The notes beneath the pieces are model-generated. The model ran no database searches and was not told the DNA's origin. It saw only the letters and a list, made by a program, of their open reading frames with translations. Shown one piece after another: positions 18,338-26,256 of a DNA stretch of 64,000 nt. Origin of the DNA: Candidatus Cryptobacteroides sp. (lineage in GTDB: Bacteria > Bacteroidota > Bacteroidia > Bacteroidales > UBA932); NCBI GenBank assembly GCA_045224215.1, contig JBGVAE010000093.1, positions 113 through 64,112 of the forward strand. The letters run 5' to 3'. The position numbers and the translations under genes were made by a program. The stretch's first letter is position 1. Each line of letters opens with the position of its first letter.

Positions 18338-19752
18338 TTGCAATATTGTTTTATACTATTGATTTTCGCAGTGAAGAAATTGTTGCCGCCCATTTCCAGC
18401 AGGCGGTACTCTCCGTGGCTGCTCCATGACGCCGGCCTGTCGGATAAGGACATATCTTCACCCGTATCGTTCGGCACGAAAAGCCGGATCATGTTCTGAA
18501 GATTGCGGATCCGGTCTGCACTGGCGGAGGGATTCAGGTAAGTGTTGCTTTCAGAGGCAAGCTCCAGCAGGTAATCCTTGTATTTCCGTCTCCAGTCTTC
18601 CACCTGGAGGATTTTATTGATCAGGGGGTTCATCTTCGAATCCCCCCAGTTCAGAGGGTCATGACGGCCGGCATCGCTCTGGACTCCGCACCAGGAGGTG
18701 GTGCCCAGGGTGTTGTCATAGTCATATGGGATGAAGTAGAACTTGTAGCTCTGAGGCTCGGTGGAGTTGAAATAGATGTAGAAATTGTTGCAGTTGTTCC
18801 AGTAGTCGTCCCACATTCCCACTGCAACGTTGACAGCGTATGTCCTGAGGAGGAGATCCACGTCGCAATGGGTTGAGAACCAGGACCTGAATTCCTGGCC
18901 CTGGAGCCTCAAGGTCTTGTTTATGAAGTCCTTGAGCTGGGCCTGCGCATTCTCGAAATCCTCGACGTTCGTCTTCAGTTCATAGGTATATTCCTTTCCG
19001 TTGTCCAGGTCCGGTCCCATGTTGGCCGAAACGGTATTGAACCTGGCGCCCCAGCGGCATCGCCAGAGATATCCGCCGTCGAAGCCGAACATATCCTCGG
19101 AGTCACGCACTTTCAGGTAGTCGTCAGCCACGGGCTCTATCATGTCGTATATTCCGAGATAATATTCCTTGGAATCCCCTTGCACTTTTATGAACAAGCG
19201 GGCATATGCAGTGTGGGACGCCGTCCAGACTCCGAAGCGGCGGAAGAGGTCGTAGCAGAAATTTTCCCTTACATATGCCGGGTCGTCCTTGTACCACTTG
19301 AAGGATATCCTTTCAGCCCCGTGGAGCTTATGCTCGGCGTCCTTATGCCACTTGTGGAAGTTGATGTCATAATGGCAATGGCGCCATTTCGGGTTGGTGG
19401 CCGAATGAAGTTGGCCGCTCTCGCCTTCCGGACGCCTTCTGGACGTGTTTCCCTTGAGCCTCAGGCCCGCTTCCTTGATGACGGTGGTGTCCTTGAGCTT
19501 GATGTAGGTAACGTCGCACTTGATGTGTTCCTTCGTTCCTGAATCCTTGTCGTAGGCCTTCAGGAGAGTGTTCCACTGCCCGAGAGAGACTTGGATGTGT
19601 ACTTCCGGAATCGTACGTCCGTCATAGACGTAGTTGACTCCGTGGTTGTCGATCGGCTCGTCGGTGACCAGGATATCATCCCCGCCCGCGTTGCATCCGA
19701 AGAAGCAACCGAGGGCGAGGATCAGGTAAACCGGGAACCGCCGCGGTCTCAT
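18334..19752 (-). CDS. CotH kinase family lipoprotein
   Basis: Lipobox CFFGC; LRLKGNTSR, ENFCYDLFRRFGV, GIYDMIEPV, WDDYWNNCNNFYIY, IPYDYDNTLG match CotH-family blocks. Confidence 0.8.
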   Translation of the reverse strand: MRPRRFPVYLILALGCFFGCNAGGDDILVTDEPIDNHGVNYVYDGRTIPEVHIQVSLGQWNTLLKAYDKDSGTKEHIKCDVTYIKLKDTTVIKEAGLRLKGNTSRRRPEGESGQLHSATNPKWRHCHYDINFHKWHKDAEHKLHGAERISFKWYKDDPAYVRENFCYDLFRRFGVWTASHTAYARLFIKVQGDSKEYYLGIYDMIEPVADDYLKVRDSEDMFGFDGGYLWRCRWGARFNTVSANMGPDLDNGKEYTYELKTNVEDFENAQAQLKDFINKTLRLQGQEFRSWFSTHCDVDLLLRTYAVNVAVGMWDDYWNNCNNFYIYFNSTEPQSYKFYFIPYDYDNTLGTTSWCGVQSDAGRHDPLNWGDSKMNPLINKILQVEDWRRKYKDYLLELASESNTYLNPSASADRIRNLQNMIRLFVPNDTGEDMSLSDRPASWSSHGEYRLLEMGGNNFFTAKINSIKQYCK

Positions 19753-21998
19753 TGCAGGAATACCACGGATGAATTCGCTTCAAGGATAAGCTGGCCGCCC
19801 TTGAGGGCTGCCGAACCAAGGATAGCGATCGGCTTGGACATGTCTCCGGAAACGGAGAGAGTCTTGGCCGAAGAAGCCACATTATGGATTACCAGGACTT
19901 TCTGTCCGTCGGATGAGGTCATGTACCAGGAAAGGATGGTAGAGCCTGAGATATTCGCTGCGCTCATCTTTCCGCTTGCAAGGGCCGGATAGGTGTTACG
20001 TACCTGGGAGAAGGTCTTGTAGACATTCATCAGGGAGTTGGCATCGGCGGACTGCGCTTCCACCGAGATGCTTGCAGTAAGCATGCTGTTGTCCACCTTG
20101 CCTCCGAGCCTGCCGGAAGCCACAGTGCCGGTCTTTGTCCATTTCATTGGGGTTCGGACATATTCATCACCACCGTCCTTCACTCCCCAGTAGCCGAGCT
20201 CCTCGCCCTGGTAGACGAAAGGCTTGCCTTCCGCCGTGAGAAGGATGGCTGCAGCCTGCTTTTCCTTCGCATCGGACCTACCCAGGTCGCTTGCAGCACG
20301 GTTCTCGTCATGGTTTGTAAGCTTGATGGCCGGAACGGCGTCCGAACGGTTGCTCAGGTAGCTGGAACGCCAGCTGATCAGGTTGTTCACGAAGGAGCCC
20401 GCGGACCTGTTGTTCAGTACGTCCTTGAGTCCCCACCAGAAACTGAATTCGAAGACTGAAGGAAGGCCTTTGTAATAGCTGAAGGTCTTGGAAGCTTCGC
20501 TGAATACCTCACCTACCATGTATATGTCTCCGCTATTGCCGGCGGCCTTGTAGGTGGCGTTGCAATGCTGGTACCACTTATCCAGGAAAGTCGGGTTCTC
20601 GTCGCTGGTCTCGCTCCAGTAGATGTGCTTAACTGCATCCAGGCGCAAACCCTTCACTCCCATGTTGATCCATTTATCGGCCGAGGCCGCCAGGTCCTTG
20701 AATGCCGGAGATGTCTCGCTCGTCGAGGCAGCTCCATAATTGAAATCGGCGAACCAGTCGGTCCAGAGGTGCGAATGGTACATCAGTGAGTTCATCCCCG
20801 GAAGGAGGATGTCGGCAGCATCGGTATTGGAAAGGGTAAGTTCCTGCCCCCAGACCAACTGATGGTTGCTGCTCGGTGCCCCGTACTTGTAGGAATCCCA
20901 CTGGGTCTGGCTGGTCCTGACGAGGACACCCCAGGAACTGGAAATATCCAGGGAAAGGGTGCAGGTCGAACCGCCTGTGGTATAGAACTGGGCCATCTTG
21001 CCGTCTCCGTAATAGAGCCAGATCCCTGAAGTCTGGGAGCCAGTATTGGCGATCTCCTCCACCTGCTCGATCTTCAGGGTCTTAGGCTTCCCCGCCCCGT
21101 CGAGAGTCAGGGTGAACTTGACTTTCATCGAGGTTGCAGAACCGCTGACGCATGAGAACCACTGGCCGGAATCATAGCCGTTCTTCGGGAACATTGCAAG
21201 CCTGCCTGCGGAGATGTCGGCCGCCGGGTCGCTCGAGAATATGAAATAGTCGCGGTAAGGGCTGTCCTCGGAAGCCTTGGCGCTCAGGAACCAAGGGTGG
21301 TCCTTGCCGGCATGGTTGAGTACATAGTCCAGATAGATGTCTATCCCCTTTGCCTTGGCTTTAGCGAGCAAGTTCTTGAAATCCTCTTCGGTACCATATT
21401 CAGAATTGACTGAATAATAATCTTTTACATCATAGCCATGATAGGACATCGCAGGATGGATAGGGCTGAGCCACAAGGCGCTCACGCCCATCTCATCGAG
21501 ATAGTCCAGCTTGGAGGCTATTCCGTTGAAATCCCCTATCCCGTCACCGTTGCTGTCGGCGAAGGAATATACCAGGAGCTGATAAGCGGTTCCGGCCCTC
21601 TTCTTGCCATCGAAGGCTGCCGGCTCGGCCACCAGGTAGGTCACCTTGTTCCCGCTCTGGGTCACCTTTACCGTAGCATCCTGGGCTCCTTTGACGGATA
21701 TGCTGCCCTCACGGTCATCTCCGTCATTCGCGGAAACGGTAACTGAAAGAGAGGCATTGCCGCTGCCGGAAGTCTTGTCGAGGTGGATCCAGTCCGAGGA
21801 TGCGGAAGCAGTCCAGGCAGCAGTGGACTTGACGCTGAACAGCCTGGTGGAAGCATCTTCGGCCGTAAAGGCCAGCTCCGTAGGTGAAACGGAGAGAGTG
21901 TCCGGCTCCTTCTGGTTTTTATCACCACAGGAGACAACCAGCATGACTGCTGAAAATGCTGCAAGCAGCAGGAAATGGAATTTCTTTGTCATAGCCAT
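19749..21998 (-). CDS. susG: SusG-like outer-membrane alpha-amylase (BACON domain + GH13 with CBM58-like insert)
   Basis: Lipobox LVVSC; BACON-like N domain; YQLLVYSFADSNGDGIGD, GLRLDAVKHIY, VGEVF, TNHDE; internal LYYG..WGVLVRTS..KYGA insert resembling SusG CBM58. Start 21998 or 21992. Confidence 0.85.
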   Translation of the reverse strand: MAMTKKFHFLLLAAFSAVMLVVSCGDKNQKEPDTLSVSPTELAFTAEDASTRLFSVKSTAAWTASASSDWIHLDKTSGSGNASLSVTVSANDGDDREGSISVKGAQDATVKVTQSGNKVTYLVAEPAAFDGKKRAGTAYQLLVYSFADSNGDGIGDFNGIASKLDYLDEMGVSALWLSPIHPAMSYHGYDVKDYYSVNSEYGTEEDFKNLLAKAKAKGIDIYLDYVLNHAGKDHPWFLSAKASEDSPYRDYFIFSSDPAADISAGRLAMFPKNGYDSGQWFSCVSGSATSMKVKFTLTLDGAGKPKTLKIEQVEEIANTGSQTSGIWLYYGDGKMAQFYTTGGSTCTLSLDISSSWGVLVRTSQTQWDSYKYGAPSSNHQLVWGQELTLSNTDAADILLPGMNSLMYHSHLWTDWFADFNYGAASTSETSPAFKDLAASADKWINMGVKGLRLDAVKHIYWSETSDENPTFLDKWYQHCNATYKAAGNSGDIYMVGEVFSEASKTFSYYKGLPSVFEFSFWWGLKDVLNNRSAGSFVNNLISWRSSYLSNRSDAVPAIKLTNHDENRAASDLGRSDAKEKQAAAILLTAEGKPFVYQGEELGYWGVKDGGDEYVRTPMKWTKTGTVASGRLGGKVDNSMLTASISVEAQSADANSLMNVYKTFSQVRNTYPALASGKMSAANISGSTILSWYMTSSDGQKVLVIHNVASSAKTLSVSGDMSKPIAILGSAALKGGQLILEANSSVVFLQ

Positions 21999-22058
21999 GT
22001 TTCGATAATTAGCAAGCCGGAGTCCGGTCAGGGACTCCGGCCCGAAAAAAGTCACCGA

Positions 22059-24650
22059 TTACTCGATGGTGATGGTCTCAGCCACTGAATCGTAGATGAT
22101 GCTGAAGGTCTCCTTGTCGGAAACATTGATGTTGTCTCCTCCAGGGACAGCAGTGAAAGCAGCACCGGAAGTGTAGGTACCACCCCTGTTGACATCCCAG
22201 CCGGATCCCTGACGGACCTTCCAGCCGCCGGAGATTGTCTGGTTGTATGCCACCCACTTGCCTGCACCGTCATACATCATGAAGACGTCTCCGCCCCAGC
22301 TGTTGAAGTCACCGATGACGCCCCAGAACTGATTGCTGAGGGTGACGGTTTCAGCAGCAGGATCATAGACGACCATATAGGTACCGTCTGCAGGAGCCTT
22401 GAAGTTGTTTCCGCCGTTGGTGACTGCAAAGGCCTCGTTGACAGCAGCGCAGTCGCCGCCGCGGTTGTTGTCCCAACCTGCATTCTCACGGACCTTGATC
22501 TCGTCGGTAGCTGTAAGGTAAACAGGTATCGAATACCACTTGCCGTCGGCACCGAGGTTCATTGGAACGTCATTGTTCCAGCTGAATCCGGCGATGCTGG
22601 CGATGGAACCTACGACACCCCACTGAAGGGTACCGATGGTCTCATTGTTGGCATTGTAAACCACCTTGAAGGTTCCGAGGAGGTTGACGTTGTCACCGCC
22701 TTGGACGGCCTTGACGAACTCACCCTGCTTGGATGGGGTCGCACCTCCGCGGTTGACGTCCCAACCCTTGTCGAAGCGGACTTTCCAGCCACCCTTCTCG
22801 ACGGTGATCATATCACTGACCCAGATGCCTGGCATGACTTCGGTCATTGCGACATCGGTGTTCCAGTCATCGTTGACTCCGATGACGCTCCAGGTCTTCT
22901 TGGCGTTGACGACGGTAATAGTCTGTGCGGACGGATCGTAAGTCACGACATAAGTCCCGTCTGAAGCGATCGCGATATTGTCACCGCCGGCAACGGCTGC
23001 GAAAGGCTGGCCGAGTTCGGCCATGGTTCCTCCTACGTTCTCAGCCCAGTCGTGGTTGTGACGGATCTTCAGGCCTCCGGCCGTGATGGCAGTCTCAGGG
23101 CTTACCCACTTGCCGTCGACAAGTTCCATGTCAACGTCACCGCCCCAACTGTTGAAGTCACCGATGAGGGACCATACGTCGCCGTTGGAAACGGTGATGG
23201 TGAGGTCGTTGGTATTCAGGACAACCTTGTAGAAGCCTGCTCCGATCTTGATGTTGTCGCCACCTGCGACGGCTGCGAACGGCTGACCGAGTTCGACCAG
23301 GGTGCCACCATAGTTCTCGTCCCAACCGGCATCCTTGCGCCACTTGAACTCAGTGTCGCCTTCAGCGGTGATGTATGCAGTCCAGACTCCGTCCTTCTCG
23401 GATGCGAGGACGTCGTTGTCCCAGTCACCATTGAGACCGATGATGTTCCAACCGGTGACAACCTCAGGCTCCGGCTCGTCACCTCCACCGATGATGGTAC
23501 TGACCTTTGCTCCTGAAGTTTCCACAACCTTGGCAGTTCCGGCATCCGGGTTCACGAAGAGGTCATAGACGCCTTCGGTTCCCACCACGATGTTAGGTCC
23601 ATCCTGGGTGACGCTGAACTCATTGTCAAGTCCACCGAATTCACCACCGAGGTTGACGGCCCAATCCAGGTCCTTGCGGAACTTGAACTCATCTGCGGCC
23701 GCAATCGAAACGCCGAGGGCTACATGGTTGCTTCCGTCGGAAATCATGGCGATGTCGCCGTCCCAGCTGATTCCATGCTTGGAAAGGGCTCCGATGACGG
23801 TCCATGCGCTGGATTCGGTGTATTCAGGATAAGGGTTGTATGCCTCGGTAACCTTTGCGGTTCCTGCGTTCGAATCGAACCAGATGTCATAGGTTCCGGC
23901 TGCGCCGACCTTGATGTTAGGTCCGTCCTGGGTGACGCTGAAATCATTGTCAAGTCCACCGAAGTCGCCACCCATGTTGACGGCCCAATCCAGGTCCTTG
24001 CGGAACTTGAATTCATCGTCTGCGGTGAGCCTGACAGCAGCAGCCACGAAGTTTCCGTTGCCGTCGGTCCACATGTTGAGGTCATTGTCCCATGAGATTC
24101 CATATTCACTGAGCGCACCGGTGATCGACCACTTTTCGTCGCTGTCCTGGGCGTTGGTGGTGTACTCTTCATAAGGGCTGCCCGCAGGGATCACCACCTC
24201 GAATCCGTTGATAGTGATGCGGCCTTCGGAATCAACGTGTCCGTTACGTCCGTTGTCACGGGCGACTTCCTGCATTGAAGCACGTACGACGAGTTCTACG
24301 TCTACAAACGAGCCTTCAGTGTACCCATATGAAAGGAGGGCTTTTGAGAGAGTCCCTACGGAAAGGGAGAGGGTGCCGTCCTTGGCCGTGGAGGAAAGGG
24401 TCTTGCTGACAGTCCTTCCGTCTACGGAGACAAGGGCGAGGGAATGGTTGACAGGCATCTGCTCATTGAAGCCCATCTTGAAGGTACCCGGGGTATAGGT
24501 TGCAGTGATGGCTTTCTCGCCGATCTCATAGCTTCCAAGTACCGGGGCCGTGGCCTGGGAAGGATCGAAACTCTTCAGGTCCTCCTGGACGCAGGACACT
24601 GCGCTGAAAAGCAGCAGTCCGGCAGATATGATTGAAAATAATTTCTTCAT
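22059..24650 (-). CDS. SusE/SusF-like starch-binding lipoprotein with seven CBM-like repeats
   Basis: Lipobox SAVSC; seven ~95-aa units W.(I/V)IG...W..D..M....(FK/WK).R....W..N.GG...G.N; position directly after susD. Confidence 0.85.
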   Translation of the reverse strand: MKKLFSIISAGLLLFSAVSCVQEDLKSFDPSQATAPVLGSYEIGEKAITATYTPGTFKMGFNEQMPVNHSLALVSVDGRTVSKTLSSTAKDGTLSLSVGTLSKALLSYGYTEGSFVDVELVVRASMQEVARDNGRNGHVDSEGRITINGFEVVIPAGSPYEEYTTNAQDSDEKWSITGALSEYGISWDNDLNMWTDGNGNFVAAAVRLTADDEFKFRKDLDWAVNMGGDFGGLDNDFSVTQDGPNIKVGAAGTYDIWFDSNAGTAKVTEAYNPYPEYTESSAWTVIGALSKHGISWDGDIAMISDGSNHVALGVSIAAADEFKFRKDLDWAVNLGGEFGGLDNEFSVTQDGPNIVVGTEGVYDLFVNPDAGTAKVVETSGAKVSTIIGGGDEPEPEVVTGWNIIGLNGDWDNDVLASEKDGVWTAYITAEGDTEFKWRKDAGWDENYGGTLVELGQPFAAVAGGDNIKIGAGFYKVVLNTNDLTITVSNGDVWSLIGDFNSWGGDVDMELVDGKWVSPETAITAGGLKIRHNHDWAENVGGTMAELGQPFAAVAGGDNIAIASDGTYVVTYDPSAQTITVVNAKKTWSVIGVNDDWNTDVAMTEVMPGIWVSDMITVEKGGWKVRFDKGWDVNRGGATPSKQGEFVKAVQGGDNVNLLGTFKVVYNANNETIGTLQWGVVGSIASIAGFSWNNDVPMNLGADGKWYSIPVYLTATDEIKVRENAGWDNNRGGDCAAVNEAFAVTNGGNNFKAPADGTYMVVYDPAAETVTLSNQFWGVIGDFNSWGGDVFMMYDGAGKWVAYNQTISGGWKVRQGSGWDVNRGGTYTSGAAFTAVPGGDNINVSDKETFSIIYDSVAETITIE
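23589..24017. repeat. Intragenic direct repeat of ~105 bp (23589-23693 and 23913-24017, 324 bp apart)
   Basis: GATGTTAGGTCC...CTTGCGGAACTTGAA.TCATC is nearly identical in both copies; encodes DEFKFRKDLDWAVN..GGLDN.FSVTQDGPNI. Confidence 0.85.
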
Positions 24651-24662
24651 TGCTGATAACTG

Positions 24663-26243
24663 TTAATAACCCGGATTCTGTTCAAGGTTGGAGTTGGCAA
24701 GACGGTCGCTGTCAGGAATCGGGAAGAGGGTCCTGTAGGAATCCACATCCCTTCCATCCTTGACTTCTCCCTTCCACTGCCAGGTGTAACCGGAAGTGAA
24801 CTTCCCGAAGCGGATAAGGTCGCTGCGGCGCCAGCACTCCTGATAGAGTTCACGTCCACGCTCGTCGAGGATCTCGTCGAGGCTGAGAGCCGACACTGCA
24901 GGCAAGCCGGCACGTGCACGGACCTGGTTGAAAGCAGCGAGTCCTTCGATCGAAGCACCGCGTGCCTGGCACTCGGCTGCCATCAGGAGGACGTCGGCGT
25001 AACGCATCATAGGGAAGTCGGTGTTGACGAAACCAGGGTTGTTCCAAGTGTCTTTCTCCTCATCATAGACCCTGTTAGGGATCTCGCCGTCGCTCTGGAC
25101 GTTGCGGAACTTCATGAAGGCGTAACCGTTGCTGAACTCTCCGATATCGTCGATGTCCTTGGTCTGGGTAGCGGTGTAGAAGAGGTTGCGGGCGTCATTG
25201 GAGGCGAACTTGTCATAGAACTGAGGAGTGGTGCGCAGACCGCCCCATCCTGAGGAGATACCCATCTGTGCGGGATCCATCGAACCGCCTGTAGAGGCGA
25301 AGATGATGTAGTTGGTCACACCGTAGCTCTGGGTATAGATTCCGTCCTGCTCCACGGCGAAGATGATCTCGTCGGTGCACTTGTCATTGTCTGCGAGGAA
25401 GAGCTCCTGATAGGCGTTGAAGTTGCCTGCAGACGAGGTGTGAAGGCTGTAACCTGCGCTCATGAGGTCCTTGAGGACGTTTGCGCAGTCGTTCCAGCGG
25501 GCAGTGCCGGTGTAAACCTCGGCGTTGAGATAAAGCTTGGCGAGGAGGAACTGTGCGGCACCCATGCTGACATGGCCGTAGGTGACAGCGTTCTTTCCAG
25601 GGAGGTAGCCGTCGGCAATGATGTCCTTGAGCTCGTTTTCCAGCCATTCGAAGAGGTCAGCCCTCTTGATCTGGGTAGGGACGACGCCCACCACGGAATT
25701 CTCGTCGGCGAACGGGACGTTGCCGAAGTTATCCAGGGCATGATAGTATGCGATGGCACGGAGTACCCTTGCCTCGTCGATGTAGCGGTTCTGCACGGAA
25801 GCGTCGAAGCTCAGGCCCTTCACTTCGCGGATGAACTCGTTGGCTGCAGAGACCTGCATGAAGATACGTGAATAGAACGCATAGATGAAGGTGTCGTCAG
25901 TCGTCCAGTTCATGTAATGGAAGTTCTTGATGGTCTGGTCGTTCCAACCGCAGACGCTCTCGTCGGTGGTAAGTTCGCTCAGGTGGTAGAGTCCACGGAC
26001 GTACTGTGAAGCTCCGCCGTCAAGACCGGAAATCGAAGCCGATCCATTCGGACCGTAATAACCGGATGTGGCGAATCCAAGATACACGCCGGAGATGTAG
26101 GAATCAAGGGCGGACTGGCTGGTGAGTGCCTTGTCAGCGGTGTTCGCATTAGGATCGATAGGGGTCACGTCGAGATCGCCCACGCAGGAACTCAGGGCAG
26201 CGGCGGCTGCGAGGATTCCGAGAATATATATTACCTTTTTCAT
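24663..26243 (-). CDS. susD: SusD/RagB family nutrient-binding lipoprotein
   Basis: Lipobox ALSSC; EARVLRAIAYY..LDNFGNVP, MRYADVLLMAAE, ILDERGRELYQECWRRSDLIRFG, FPIP..NLEQNPGY. Confidence 0.93.
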   Translation of the reverse strand: MKKVIYILGILAAAAALSSCVGDLDVTPIDPNANTADKALTSQSALDSYISGVYLGFATSGYYGPNGSASISGLDGGASQYVRGLYHLSELTTDESVCGWNDQTIKNFHYMNWTTDDTFIYAFYSRIFMQVSAANEFIREVKGLSFDASVQNRYIDEARVLRAIAYYHALDNFGNVPFADENSVVGVVPTQIKRADLFEWLENELKDIIADGYLPGKNAVTYGHVSMGAAQFLLAKLYLNAEVYTGTARWNDCANVLKDLMSAGYSLHTSSAGNFNAYQELFLADNDKCTDEIIFAVEQDGIYTQSYGVTNYIIFASTGGSMDPAQMGISSGWGGLRTTPQFYDKFASNDARNLFYTATQTKDIDDIGEFSNGYAFMKFRNVQSDGEIPNRVYDEEKDTWNNPGFVNTDFPMMRYADVLLMAAECQARGASIEGLAAFNQVRARAGLPAVSALSLDEILDERGRELYQECWRRSDLIRFGKFTSGYTWQWKGEVKDGRDVDSYRTLFPIPDSDRLANSNLEQNPGY

Positions 26244-26256
26244 ATTCAATCCCATA

